From: the human T2T-CHM13v2.0 reference genome, Homo sapiens | NCBI RefSeq assembly: GCF_009914755.1 | Contig: NC_060927.1 | DNA length: 64,000 bases | Reading direction: 5' to 3' (one strand) | Shown here: positions 27,721 through 42,100 of the stretch, one piece after another | How positions within the stretch are numbered: position 1 is the first letter of the stretch | Layout of the letters: each line of letters begins with the position of its first letter | Position numbers and translations under genes: made by a program | The notes under the pieces: generated by a model | What the model saw: the letters and a program-made list of their open reading frames with translations, nothing else | The model's database searches: none | Told to the model about the DNA's origin: nothing

Positions 27721-28130
27721 GCCTCTCTCTCTCTCTCTCATATCAAAATTATAGCATGTTATACCTAAAATTTTGTGCCTTGCTTTTTAAATTTAAAAAT
27801 ATACCTTAAAAATCAGCCCTCATAAGTACTTTTAGAAATAATTCATTCTTTTAACATCTACAAGTAATCCATTGTATGGATGAACCATGATTTATATAAC
27901 CTGCTCCCTATTAATAGAAATTTAAATTGCTTTCAGTAATGTGCTGTTATAATGTAGGTTGCAATGAATACATTGCATACACATTTCAAGGTAAACTTGT
28001 ATAGATCCAATTCCAAAAGTGGAATTACTGGTTTAAATGGTATCTGCATATTTAATATCCATAGATGTTAGCAAATTATCTTACACAGACAACACCAGTT
28101 TACACTTCCACCAACAATGAATGACTGTGA
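27480..28130 (-). mobile_element. L1ME 3' fragment containing a (CT)n repeat
   Basis: tccattgtatggatgaaccatgattta...aagtggaattactggtttaaatggta...tttacacttccaccaacaatg. Confidence 0.8.
27670..27739. repeat. (CT)n microsatellite
   Basis: Directly visible. Confidence 0.95.
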
Positions 28131-29932
28131 TTGTGCAAACTTTTGAGAACTCAGCATTTACTTTGGTTTTCCAATAATACCCAGTGGTTTGGGGATATAT
28201 TCAATGAATCTTTTAGTTCAACTTGTTAGAATATTTGAGAAACAGTAACTTATGCCTTCTTGTTTCAGATTTCTGCAAATTTCTTCAAATGCCTCATCTT
28301 GTAGAAAATGCAAGGCCAAATATTTAGTTAAAATATTTTAGTTGTTGAGTATAATTACAGCTCAAATTTTTGTTGGCCTAATAGTTCTATTACTATATTG
28401 TTCAATAGTTAGCATAGAAATGTGTATTATTAAATATGTATTTTTTTAAATCATAAACTAAAGAGAAAAAAATTTTCTTCACCTACTTAAAAGAGTAGTT
28501 AAAAGATAGTAGTCATTGTTGGAGCCTAGAAGGTAAGCCAAAAAATATCCGAACCAAAAGAACCTAATTGTATATGAGAGAATAATCAAATATTCAATGT
28601 GTAGTTTTATTGCTTCTGTGAGTCCTTTCCTTGTCTATAAAATTGCTGAACTTCTCCAGGAAATGTTATGTTTTTGTAGCATTCCAACCCTGGTAGTAAT
28701 CAGGAGGCACTAAAAATGCTCATGAAAACCATATTCCACAAATTAAGTAAAATTCACACATGGCTACATAAGTAACCTAACATGCCTAAGCAAACATTTT
28801 ATATGGTTTCTCATTTCTAAGCCTTCAAAACAAACTGATTGAAGTAGTTTGTTATCCTCCATTTAAATTATAACCTCAAATTTAATCAAAATCTTTTCTT
28901 TAGGGCAAAATAGTCCACTGTGTGTGGATGTTGCTGTAATTGATGTTCAAGGAGTGGGGCAGAGATTTTACATATCACCTAGACTGTTAATGAATGTCTT
29001 TACACATGGCTTTACCACAACGAGGTGATAGATGTTTGATGTCTGTCCTCCATAAGCTATCGGAGAGGGTGCCGCTAATGGATACTGAGTTCAAATTTCA
29101 GACCTTTGCAATCTGCGTGTATAAAACAAATGTTTTCACAATATAAAAGAAATAGTTCTCTTTTGATAAGATTGCATAATTCCAAGATCAGCATCCATCT
29201 GGTGTATATATTTTTTTCTTTTAGCTTATGTTAATGGCTTTATTTGGCAACTTAATGTTTTCCTTTTTCCTTCTAACAGCAGGTGAAAGAATTCATAAAT
29301 CTGCCATGAACATTTGCCAATGAATATTCATATCTGAGATGTCTGATTGCAGTAGTTTGACATTTTTATTTAATTTCCATCAAGAATAAGAAATGCTTTG
29401 TTTCTTAATTCATAATGCATTCTAATGGGTTTCTGCACATTATACCACTGCTTAAGTTATTGTAATTGTCGTATCAAACAACTAATTTATAAAATAAGAA
29501 TATTTGGTATGAGCCAGAAAAAAAATGACTAAGAATTAATCTCACAAACTCATTGAAAGCAGTATATCTTTGTTTTTATTGCATAATTTGTAAAAAGTTT
29601 TACCCATGCTGAGCATTTCCATTCCCTATGCCGAATATATGGAGCTGGTTCTATGGTAAGTGCTGGTATCCCCTGTTGGATGAGCTAGTCAGGTCTCTGT
29701 TGGCTGTTGGCACAGAAGCCCCATGAGCAGATAACATAAGCTTGATGGGATATATTTTCAGTATATCGTGGTTATATGAACAAGAAGACATAATTGGTTC
29801 AACTGAAGTCGATACAGGCTTAGTACAATTTTAGTGAATATTTGAGATGGTTTGTCAAAGGAGTCACAGCAGCAAAAATAATTTTGCATTATTTACAACC
29901 TGCCTTTAGATCGATCCTTTACCACATCCTTC

Positions 29933-30189
29933 TTTTTTAAATGAATGTTATTGTGTATATTTACATATGTATACAACATGATGTTTTAAGACACATATAT
30001 GGTAAAATGATTACTACAGTGGAACAAATGAACATAGCCATCATCTCACACAGTTACCCATTCCCTCCAATCCTGCCTGGGGCAAGAGCACCTATAACCT
30101 ACTCATTTAGCAAAAATTCTGAATGCAATACACTATTTTTCAGTATAGTCCTCATGTTGTATATTTGATCTTTAGCCTTCTTCATCTAC
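29933..30189 (-). mobile_element. L1MA (MA9-like) 3' end
   Basis: tacaacatgatgtttt...atgattactacagt...catcatctcacacagttacc...tatagtcctcatgttgta. Confidence 0.8.
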
Positions 30190-30199
30190 CCTGCCCCTA

Positions 30200-30375
30200 C
30201 ACTTTCTTAAATTAAGTATATGTAAGAATCTTCTGGAAAGCTTACTAAAATACAGATTCCTGGGCAACATCCCCAGAAAACTTCATTCCATGTACCTGGG
30301 TTGGGGCCCAATAATTTTCATTCCCAACAAGTTCTCAGGTAATGATGATGGTGCTTTACCACACTATATTTAAGT
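30200..30375. mobile_element. MER5A/B
   Basis: agaatcttctggaaagcttactaaaatacagattcctggg...aacaagttctcaggtaatgatgatg. Confidence 0.75.
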
Positions 30376-30410
30376 AATTTATATTACTGGCTATCTATTG
30401 GCTTGTATAA

Positions 30411-30917
<507 letters not shown>

Positions 30918-31329
30918 GAATGCATGTTTTTAAATCCTCTTGTGAAATAGAATCTGCATTCCCCAGTTCCTTTTTGTAATTGAAATGCTAAATGTAATGT
31001 AACAGTAAATTAATGCATTTCTGTTTTTAATTACCTATAAATAACATACTGAAGAAAAATCTAACAGATTAGAAGACAAAATCGTGGAAATTAGAGGGCA
31101 TTTTCCTAGCCTATTATTGAACTCAATGCATTTATTTTTAGTCACAATTTATGACATACCGATTTGTGTGTTTTTTCGAAGTGGGCACATATTTTCTTCA
31201 CTACCCAAAACAATTTTGATGGCCCGTTGGGTTTCAGCACTGACAATGAACACGTTTTTGCTGTGATGGTGATGGTGGTGGCTGTTTTTAAGAAATCAAG
31301 GCTTCCTAAGTTGTTTTCTCTACTTTACA

Positions 31330-31927
31330 CACATCCCCTTCCAGCATATTCAACTTTGCTGCCAGGCATCTTTCTAAGACACTCATATGATCATGCAACT
31401 CATTATCTTAATTAAAATATTTTAACAGCTTCTCACGGCTTTTAGCATAAAATGAGCATTTCTTAGCCTTACTCACAAGGTCATAATTTGACCCCAGGCT
31501 ACCTCTTTAGCTTTATAGCTAAGCCTTTTACTTGAGCTGTGAAAAACAAGTTAGGGTTCCTTAAAAAGGCCGTGCATTCTCAAGTTCCCGATTCCCTCTT
31601 CCTAAAATGTCTTTATTCCTGTCTCTCCCAGTTAACTCCAGTTTACCCTTCAAGACTCTCCTCATTCTTCCACTTCTTTTGGAAAATTTTCCTTATGGCC
31701 CCCATTCCCTGGATCCCCATTATACCCTAGTACGCTCCCAGCATAGCACTCGCTAGTACACTCCCAGCACAGCACTCGCTAGTACACTCCCAGCATAGCA
31801 CTCACTGATGCTGTTCACCTGCCTCCCAGTAAGTTGCAAGATCCTCAGGACAGGACGGGAGGACGGGCCATTATTATTTATGTTTATCACAGTGCCAACA
31901 TAAAACAAACACTCAGTAAATAGCTTT
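31330..31927 (+). mobile_element. L2 3' portion
   Basis: gctgccaggcatctttctaa...tgatcatg; 3' end aagatcctcaggacagg...cagtgcc...actcagtaaat. Confidence 0.7.
31727..31804. repeat. 26-bp minisatellite x3 (ctagtacactcccagcatagcactcg)
   Basis: Units at 31727, 31753, 31779, each 1 mismatch from consensus. Confidence 0.95.
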
Positions 31928-32210
31928 GTTTTTTTTGGAGGCAGAGCCTTTCTCTGTCACCCAGGCTAGAGTGATCTTGGCTCACTGCAGCCTCTACCTC
32001 TCAAGTTCAAGCAATTCCTGTGCCTCAGCCTCCCAAGTAGCTGGGACTACAAGGCACCCGCCACCACACGTGGCTAATTTTTTGTATTTTTAATAGAACC
32101 AGAATTTCTTCCTGTTGCCCAGTTGGTCTCAAACTCCTGAGCTCAGGCAATCTGCCTGCCTTGGCTTCTTAAAGTCCTAGGATTACAAGCGTGAGCCACG
32201 GCACCTGGTC
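31928..32210 (-). mobile_element. AluJb-like
   Basis: Diverged dimer; 13-bp TSD agtaaatagcttt at 31915-31927 and 32211-32223. Confidence 0.9.
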
Positions 32211-32284
32211 AGTAAATAGCTTTTAAACAATTAACTTACTAACCATGTCATGAGTAATAAGAAGTAAGACTCGATATCTAAAGC

Positions 32285-32930
32285 CAAATAGTAAAGGCCC
32301 TGCCCAGCCAGACAGAGAAGTTTGATTTTTCACCTGTTAATAGAGAATTGTTGTGGTGTTTTGAATGTGAAAATGATACAATGCAAACAATGATTTAGGA
32401 AAACCAAGACAATGAATTGAAGCTGTCACCACTATAGTTCAGGTGTAGGGTGAGGAAGATCCACATTTGTGTGGTATCAACTTTGGTGGAGCAGTGAGAG
32501 AGATGCTGAATCCAGGGTCTGATGATTACAAAAGATCTGTCCTGGAAGATAGAAACCAGGATGGCTGTGCTGTTGGACATATAGTGATGAGAAGGAGAGA
32601 TGTTTGTTATATGGAAGATGGCAGGATTCTTTTTTAATCATGTTCAGATAGAGGAAAATGGAAAGTAAAGAAAATCTGTAAGTACTTAAATATAAGAGTC
32701 CACCCTGTAAATGAGGTTCTAGGATCCAAATTTTGAATATGGGCATCACTTGCATAAACATGAGAGTTGATTTCTTGAGTGCTGAACATCAATTTTGCCA
32801 GAGGGAGAGCAAAAGAAGAAGTCAAGGGTGAAAGTGACAGAGAATAATAAAGAAATGATATGCTGACAAAAATAGACATGACTTTCAAGAGAGGCATAGT
32901 CAATTTTATCAATGCAAGGACTGTTCAAAT
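32285..32930 (-). mobile_element. L2 remnant
   Basis: Purine-rich antisense L2-like motifs (agaagtttgatttt; gaagctgtcaccactatagttcaggtg; tttcaagagagg). Confidence 0.5.
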
Positions 32931-34834
32931 TTTTCATATATTTGATGCAATCATTTTTTAGTCACAAATTTTACATATTCTGAAATTTTAGACACATGTA
33001 AAAGTAAAATATCTTTGTGAACAGCTCACATAGGATGGCTTGGAGATGCGGGTGCTAAAGGTTTTCTGTGGTTCTGCTCTGGGCTTACTAGCAGGTAACC
33101 CAATCCAATTGGCCCTCTGATGATTCTAGCCTCTCCAGAACTCAGCTTCTTCCCCATATCTCAATTTGCTCCCCTTCCCTAATACCTCTGGCTTTCCCTT
33201 TCTGTTGTCACGTCTTCCTTTCTGCCTCTCCCATTACATTACATCTCTCAGGAGAGCCCCACCATCGGGGACCCTGAGGATGTGGTGAGAACACATGGGG
33301 AAAGCAAAAAGATTCCCATAACTGAACTGAAGCTTTCTCAGCCACAACCTCCTGCAGCCTCTTTTCCCACCCAGCTGGTGGTGGCCACACATCTTCTTGC
33401 TATTCTGCTGGCTGGCATATGGCAGTTAACCATTCTCTCTCTAGCAGAGTCATGTTCCTCTAGGCCACTTCCTTTGTTCTTGATGCTGTCTTGCTGTTTA
33501 AAATTAAAGATGACTCATTGGAACACTGAGGAAACCAGATATGACATCTGTGGCAAGTCTACCTCTCACCAGCACTGAGATATTTAGACGTGAGTGTTGT
33601 TCATCACTTCTTGTTGCTGGTATTATCTTCGACTGCACATGATATTTTACGATTTTCAAAATCATTACCTACCTTTGTGTCATTATTTGTGTTATAAAAT
33701 GGTTTCATGTATATCATTTTGTTCAATTCTTAAACAAGTCATTGATCTAAAGACAATTATCCTCATTTTGCAAGGGAAGTGATGAGAGTGGCCAAGTGAT
33801 TTACCCAAAAGGATGTTGGGTAGATGTGGCAGAGTTCACCAGTGCCTGATGCTATTCCCACTATACCCCCGACGGCTTTCTGTTTATTCATGTTTCCTCT
33901 AATAATGATAAAGGCATGGAGCATATTCTTTCCTCAATGGCCTTCTAATTTCAAATTTTCACCACAAAAAATGTTTTCGTAGGGCATTTTACAAATAAGA
34001 AAATTGAGATATCAAAATTCTAAAGAAGATGAGTTCCCTCAGCTGATTTGTAACAGAGCTAGAAGCAGAAGCCAGGCTTCATGACAATTATCTCCAAACT
34101 ATTTTTATAGCAGATGTTCTCCTTTGGGTCTTTTTTGTTTTTTGTTTTTTAATTGCTTATGTCTCCAAAAATAGTTGACTCCATTGTTTTCAGGTTTTCT
34201 TTTTTGCACTAACTTCTACTAAAATGTAAGGACATTTACCATCCTCTGCTTCAGGCTAATCCTGCCACATGACCTATCCTCGTCATTGTCTGCCAACCTT
34301 TCTTGCAACCTAACCCATGTGTTTTCCATTTTCCTCCTACATTTTTTAACAGTCCATCTACTGACCTCTTTACTATATATAATCATACTTAAGTCTCTAA
34401 GATTTAACAACAAACAAAAAAATCACTTGTCCCTAGATGCTTCTTGTAATCTCTTGCCTTTTCTTCACAGATAAACAAGACGCCTTTTCTCTCCATTTTC
34501 TGATTCCTTCTTTCACTTGTTAAAAACTGCACTTATTTAAAGTGTGTGTGCGTGTGTGTGTATGTGTGTTTGATAAAAGGAAAGCATGAGCTTTCTCTTC
34601 AGCCCATTCAGCCCATCCTTATCAAACTTTAGCCCGTTCCTCTAAGATGACTCTCAGCAAGCTCACTGGCGACCTCCAAAATTTCCATCCAGTCAATTCC
34701 ATCAAGCCCTCTTCCCTCTGCAACATCAGTAATAGCCAATACTGTCACCACTTTGAAATTTTGTCCCTTTCTCTGACATTACACTATTCTGAGTTTCTTC
34801 ATAAGCCTTGAACTCCTTCATTTATCTTGAGGAA

Positions 34835-35080
34835 GTTGAGTATAAGAGGGAAGGGCAAGGGCACTGGAACTCATATTGGGCAAACTGTTTAACTTCTGTG
34901 CCTATTTCCTTTGAAATGAAAATAATAGTGGTACCTACCTTGTAAGTCCTAACTTACTAAGTCTAAGGTATTATCTTACTGGGTTGTTTTGAGGATTAGA
35001 GGTGTAAACACATGTAAAGCACTTATGACAATGCCTACCACATAGTAATTCTTAGTAAATTATTCTAATGCTACTATTTT
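34835..35080 (+). mobile_element. MIR
   Basis: ttgggcaaactgtttaacttctgtgcct...gggttgttttgaggatta...atgtaaagcacttatgacaatgcct. Confidence 0.8.
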
Positions 35081-35510
35081 TGCTGCTGCAACCACCACTA
35101 TTACTCCTCTTCCTCTCACTCCTCCTCCCTTCTTTTACCCACAGTCTAGAAATGGGTGCTCCCTAGAGTTCTGTTCTTTGCTCTTATCTCCTCTGAGTTC
35201 CCTCCAGGGCCATCATGTCTACTGTCAAGTTTTCAAATCACCACATGTATTTTTATATTTCTCAAATCTTCATTTCCAATCCCTCACTTGAATTCTAGAG
35301 TGGTGTATATAACTACCTACTGAACAACTCTTCTTTGATATCAGGTTGGTATCTTAAAGTCAAAGTTTATGAATCTAACATCAATAGCTTTCCTCAAAAC
35401 ATGATTTTTAATTCATGTCTTATTAAGATTGGTGACTTCCCATTCAGTAATCATCCAAGACAGTAGTCACAGCCTGCTTTTCCCCTTGCTTTTCTTTTTA
35501 ATTGACTGCT

Positions 35511-36490
35511 GTGTCATAAGAAAGAGGTTTTGCTGCAAGTAACAGAGACCATAAGTAAAATGGCTTAACATGATCATTTATTTTATTTTATATATTCTCA
35601 GAGGCTCTTGCAGTTCTCTGCTCTTCTTTTCTGAAATAGAGACCTCAAGAACAAAGAGAACTCCAGTCATCTCTTCTATAAGTTCTGGCTGTAGTCCAAA
35701 AGTTCAAAGGAACGGTGGAAGGAAAGAAGGAAGGAAGGAAAGAAAGAAGGAAGGAAGAAAGGAAGGAAGGAAAAGAAGGAAAGACATGCCCTCTCTCTTC
35801 AAGGTAGAAAGGACTCCCTAAAGCTTCTACACAATATACATTCTCTTACATCTTATTACCCAGAAAGTACTTACATGGTTACACGTAGCTGCAGAGAAGG
35901 CTGGAAAATAGCTTCATTCTGGATGGCTTTATCCTCATGTATAAGTTGTAGGAGGAGAAAAGATTTTCCTTGCCCCTGTGAGGGTACCTGGCTAGGTCTA
36001 CAAGGCAAACTAACAGATAAATTATCAGGAGAAAAACTTTCAGATTTTAAAAAGCACGTTTTATGCCACACAGGAATTTTCATAAGGAAATAAGAATCCA
36101 AATAAATGGTTAAATTTGTGAGTTTTTATGCAAGGTTTAATGAAGAAGGAGGCAGTCTTGGAGAAATAGGACTGGACAAAGGGGTTATGATCTAATGATG
36201 ATAAACGGAAGGAATCCTACCAAGGCTGTGTGTTCAGATTCTCTCTGTGTCCCTGTGTCTTCAGAGATATGGATATTCCTTTTCTCTAAGTATAGGAGGG
36301 CACTTCTCAAATGAAGATCTTATGACTTGCTTCCAGGGAGAAGGGTTGGGGAATGTGAGACTGACCTTCCTGTTTCTGCTTTTTTCTCAAATGCCAAGAT
36401 GTCATATTTTGGGGTCGTATGTCCTGAACCCTTTCAAAATCAATATAGATTAAAAACAATAATATTTTAGGGGATTTAATTAGTGGCCTC
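35511..36490. mobile_element. MLT1J-like LTR split by an ERV1 LTR
   Basis: tttgctgcaagtaacagag...tggcttaa; tcttacatcttattacccagaa...acatggttacacgtagctgcagagaaggctggaaaat. Confidence 0.65.
35947..36436 (-). mobile_element. MER34/MER39-family ERV1 solo LTR
   Basis: TG...CA termini (tgtaggagg...atattttggggtcgtatgtcctgaaccctttca); 4-bp flanks aagt/aaat. Confidence 0.7.
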
Positions 36491-36494
36491 TAAT

Positions 36495-37365
36495 ATCTAC
36501 TATCTTGTCAATTATAGCTTTAACAATTTTCACGTCTCTTTTCTCTCTCCATTGCCTTTACAACTGCCTTGATTTAATGTATCACCATCCCAGAAAGCAA
36601 ATGCAAAGAAATTTGGTCTCAGCATTGCAGATAAAGTCAGCTTTCTAGAACACATACCTAATCATTAACTTATCAGCTAAAAATCCTTCCTTAAATCTTT
36701 CGTGCTGTAACTTCTATATTTCTTATTATAAAGGGCAAAAATTGCCCTCTGCAATACAAACTGAACCTCATTACATAGCCTTACCTCCCAAGAGTCTGTG
36801 ACTTGTCTTCTAGCCACGTGAAATTCCTTGCAATTTCTGGAAGTTGTTCATTTATTTGTCCCTGTGGGTTTGTACAGGCTGTTTCTTCTGTGTAAAATCT
36901 TATTTCACTCCATCAATCTGTTGACTGTGTACATGTCCTTCATAATTCAGATAAGATGGTACTCTCCTGTTAAGTTGTTGGTTGTTGGTTTTTTAAAAAT
37001 CAGATTGTTGGGAAGTCGAGGCTACAGTGAGCTGTGATTACATCACTCCATTCCAGCCTGGGTGACAGAGTGAGAACCTGTCTCAAAAAAAAAGAAAAAA
37101 GAAAAGAAAAGAAAGAAAATAAAGCAGAAAAAAACCAAATCATTTGAGTTATCTATTACGCCTTCCTATTCTCATAGAACAGTGTATCTTATATACATAA
37201 TAGATTCTAATGTAGTATTTATTTTGTTGTCTTGTAAGTAAAATTTGATTTATCTGTCTTCTCTCTTAGACTGTGAATTCCATGGGAATTTGTGGGGCAT
37301 ACCTGTTTATCTTAGCACGGATATGCCAAAGGAGTAGGTTCTTAATAAATGTTTACTGAATTGCT
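36495..37365 (+). mobile_element. L2 3' portion interrupted by a partial Alu
   Basis: L2 terminus ttagactgtgaattccatggg...agtaggttcttaataaatgtttactgaat. Confidence 0.7.
37008..37130 (+). mobile_element. 5'-truncated AluJ right-arm fragment
   Basis: gtcgaggctacagtgagctgtgat...cagcctgggtgacagagtgaga plus GAAAA-type tail. Confidence 0.88.
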
Positions 37366-38869
37366 AGCCATATGAAATTAAATATATAACATGTAAGTTA
37401 ATTATTATGAGAATGTGTGACTATAAAGACAATAACTACCCCCTACCAGTTACTGCCTCAAGCAATAACAATGATAAACTTTATCTCAATCTAAATTTAA
37501 AGCAGGTAATTTAAATTTTTTCCTAAATAATTGTCTTTTGTTGAAGCTTAATAAAGATTTTTGTTCTTTAAATAAAAGGCAATCCTGATGAGAATTAAGG
37601 AATTTCACTGTCATGAAATATAACTTCTCTAATAAATATAGGGTGTAACATTTCCAGGTGAGTGGGCATTTCCTAGGAGCTCCATGTAGTTCTCTGGTAG
37701 AGTAATCTACTACATTTCATTCTACTGAATTGAACACGATCCTTCTCCAGAATTGGTTCTCTCATTTAGTAGGATCTGGGCCACAGATTTTAAAAAATTA
37801 TAAATGCTTAAAATACATCTGGGAACTTTATCACTCACAGTATGTTTTTATTTGATGGTTCTCCTTCCGGGGGTTTACAAATCTGACTATTGTTTTTACA
37901 CAATTAAGAATATTTTGCTTGGTTTATATTTTCAGTAAAGTATTTCTCACTGTATGCAAGAAAGTAGATGGAATAATTTCTCACTTCAATTCATCTTGTT
38001 CTGGAATATTAGTTAAGCTACCAATCTTCCTTCACTTCATCTTGATGAATAGAAAAATTATTCCACCGACATCACAGAACTAATCATGAGAATCCCATCG
38101 TTTCTGCATTTCATATCCCATGTTCAGTTTTTTCTCATCCATTATGTCTCTAGGGTAGAATTGCCAGAAACTCAAGTTGACATCATACCATTTCTTACTC
38201 CCAGCATGTGCCTTTATTTTGACATTCATCAAAAATTCTGTCACCGTATGTCTGTAGGTACATAAAGGTCTTTAGGTATGAGCATCAATTTGCCATAAAT
38301 AAAGAAAAAGCAGTTTAGCTATCCCTTGATAGCAATTTGTGTTTAAATTTGACATCCGCAGGCACAAAAATAATGTTTTGTTGTCTAACAATTAGATTAT
38401 TAGAAGGTATGTATATATGGGCATATAAACAACTAAAATCAATAATGATCTAAACTTCAGACAAACTATTTTCCATCTAAGCTGTAAAAGTTAGCTAAAT
38501 AGATTTGTACTAAAATAATTAAAAATGGCAAATGACAAAATGTGGGACTAGTCATTGCAGTTTTTTGAAGGTCAAGACAAATTTTAACAATGCACAATAT
38601 AATATTTGTCTAACAGATTTAGCATAGCTAAATTGAAAGCTCTGTCAGCACGGCAGAAAATCAGAATTTAAATTATTGAGTAATGGCACTATCATTAAAA
38701 ATGTCAAGCATCAAGTTTATTTTCCCTAGAGACATCTTACAGACCATTCTATTTCCATGCTGTGTATTTCTTTTCTTTCTAAAAAAAAAAATCCAAAAAT
38801 ATATGTGAGCATATAATCCACACCATTGCTTCTCAAATTATCATTGGTGAAGCATTATGTTTTTGTCTG

Positions 38870-39140
38870 TGATTTCACTTTTCATTTGCATTCTGTTGTG
38901 GCCCAATACTTTTGTAAAATACAAAAAGAATGAATTACTAGAAAAATAAAATGAAAAGATCAAGTTATGCAGATTAAAATGAGCAATTCTTAACATTGTT
39001 ATTAGATTCAAGAGCATCAAATAACTGTCCTATGGCTATCTAGGCTTGCTTTCAAGTTCTGTATTTAATCCTCTGCACACTGGTAACAAGCAGTTTGTGG
39101 ACTAGCAATTGTCCACGGACCACACTTTGAGTAGTACTGC
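38870..39140. mobile_element. hAT-Charlie remnant
   Basis: Terminal gtccacggaccacactttgagtagtactg resembles Charlie/MER5-family ends. Confidence 0.6.
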
Positions 39141-42100
39141 TTTACACCGTCACTAGTGCAGAAGACATTCTGGTTCATCCACACTCTGAGTCACTCTAAT
39201 ATGTTCTACCACAGTCTAGATTAACTTAAAAGTATGGATCACCAAGGTCATAACCAGATTTGTTACACTGACCTCACCATTTATTCCAGATTACCAAATA
39301 AATGTCATTGATATAAATGTCACTGATATTTGTCAGCCTGATTCATTGTAGTGAAACAAAATTTTGTTTAATTACAGGTATTGAATGAAATTTTCAAAGT
39401 TGTAAGGAATATCCTCTTCTACCCACCAAAATTATCTTAAAAGGAGCTGATAAAATCAATTTCTAGTACAAATGCTGTATTACGTTTTGAATTAAGAGGC
39501 ATTTTATTCCCAAAGGTAGAATTTTAGGATCAATTATAGCTACCTTGTATTTTAGTAGGTACTTCAGCATGATTTTATTAATTTAGACATAAAAATCGAG
39601 CTACTTATGCAGGAGTTTAAGTATAAGAGAGCTTTTCAATAGGCTCCTTATTTTAAGCCTTACCAGCCAAATTACAGTGTAATTGCTTTTATTTGATCTT
39701 TTCCTATCTAAAAACTGCCTTGAGGGTGCATGTTTCAGTCCATTTAATTTTATCAAAGAAAGAGAAGTTCATGAGTTTTTCAAAGGACTTCCAGATTCAA
39801 AGTGGGAAAGAATATTCTATGTATTTTTACTACTCCGTATGGACAAGTAACTTAAACTGCTTTGACAAAAAAGGAAAAAAAGAAAAGAAAAAGATGCACA
39901 GGATATGTAGCTGTCCAATAAAATTATTTAGCTTCATATTTTTAAGGTAAACATAATCTTTGGAAGAACGCTATTTGTATTTGCCATGGTTCTGTTATTA
40001 TCAATCACATAAAGTGTTTACATTAATCCTTCATCTATTTGTTAAAATGTTATTTTGTATTTATTTTTCCTCTAGCTTTATTTCATCATCATCATCATCA
40101 TTTATTTAAAATATTGTTATTGACAAACTTTAATTGCATACCAAATAGTTGGTTTTATTAATTTACATTAAACTAAAATTAATCCATTTGGGAACTAATA
40201 ATGATAAATTCAGCACTATCCAAGACTCCAGCCCTTGAGGAACACTCATGACTGTCTCTTTGTGAGTTAATCTATCTCATCTATATTACTTCTATACACT
40301 TAATTCTCAAAAAGTTTAAAACCCCAAATCAGCATACCAACTCTTGTTCTATGAAACTGGTAGTTTATTTTATTTTATTATTTTCTTTTTAGCAAACAAG
40401 AAACAAATGAAAAACGAGGATGACTGTTTATACATAATCAGGTTGAATAAGAGAAGAGTAGGATAATTTGCATAATCCACACTCGCTGTAAGTAGACACA
40501 CCTGCACATCTCAACCACTACCTCCCAGTCCCCTGGGATTTTCTCAAGGGCCTCATCTTACTCATTTAATGAACTATATGTTAATTCTTCAGCCATTTCT
40601 AGTGACAGAGTGAAGCCACTAAGTGACTTAGAATATGCAGTGAACCATCTGACAACGTAACAGTAGCTACATTTTAACTCAAAAGCATGACCACAACTTA
40701 TTTTTAAGCAAGGAAAAGGGGAGGACATTGGTTCATTTCAACAGACATTTATTAAGTGTTTACATGTTGGGAGAGTATTAACACTAGCCTAGATTACTGT
40801 TATTTTGTAAGACAAGAGGAAATAACATATAATGGACTATCAGCTTGAACTTTGTTCTCCAGGAAGTCTTGTTCAGTGAAAAACTTGTCATTCGGGCTGT
40901 CATAAAGCATTCGTTTATTATTTTAGTAAGGAATATAGGTTAATGGGCACTTACACATTATATGCCAGTCTCAGTCTAGTGCTATTGAGGAATGTACACT
41001 CAGGGATCATTTTCAAGATGGAACCATTTTATAAATGTTTATGTATGTTATAGGATGTGGTGCTTTAATTTTACTTGTTTTGCCTTTTTTTGTTTTAACT
41101 CCCAGAGTTTGGATTTAAGAAAAACATAGCCCATAGAAATGTAAACCTTAAAAGGCCACTATTGCTAAAGCTCAATTTGGGGACACTTTTCGTTAACACT
41201 GCTCAACATGAGAGAAATGCAACCACGATGGACTTGCCCAGATTCTTTTAATAGAAAATGTTGGCATCAATTTCCAATGGAATGCATTTGCAGTTTCATT
41301 CTTGCACTTAAACTGTTACAAATTAGAAAGATTATCTAAAAATAAAAGAAATGTTTCTTTGGGACAAAGCTCTTGTTGATTCTCTCCTCGAAAACCATTG
41401 CATTTTGTTGGGGAAATTGAGCTCATTGCATGAGCCTTGGGAAAGGGAAAGGGAAAAGTGCTTTCAATAAGAGAGAACATTGTTTTCTTTGTGGAGTTTT
41501 CGATGTGGCAGCAGGGTTACCAGTAATACTTGAGGCAAATGATCAAAATATCAGGTATGCATTTCATGCCAAGGATTCTGTTTCTCAGACCCTCCAAGAT
41601 GAATGTTTTCTCCTGGCACTGAGGGCTTAGCATTGTTCTCTCCCCTCGAGATACAAAATAATTTTCTCCATCATAAATCATCAGACAACATTCATTTGGC
41701 TCCATTTTAGGAGTATCCTATGCATATGATAGTACACATTTTCATAGGCAATGGGCATCTATTTTCAGGCATAGTAAATACATACATATTTCAATTTTGT
41801 AAGTTACGATTTGTTTCTTTTACCCAACCTGGATTTTTCTCAGCAACCTCCCTAATTTCTGATTTTTTATTTTCTTCCTGAAACACCTACAGTTCTTCTT
41901 GAATTTCAGGTGACAAATGTGTAATCTGTCTACCCAGTGACTATGCTCTTTTAAATAATTTTTTCTCTTTCTCTCAAATTCCACTTCTTTCTTTTCATAG
42001 TATATTTGTGTTGATCATTGCTCCTGAATGAACGAGAATTGACCACAAATTGTCTCTTTGGGGACAGAGCTCTCACTATCAAAACATACTTGTTACGTTC

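Noticed and set aside
35718-35782. GGAA-rich repeat as an EWSR1-FLI1 response element
   Set aside because: No more than three consecutive GGAA units; interrupted by GAAA.
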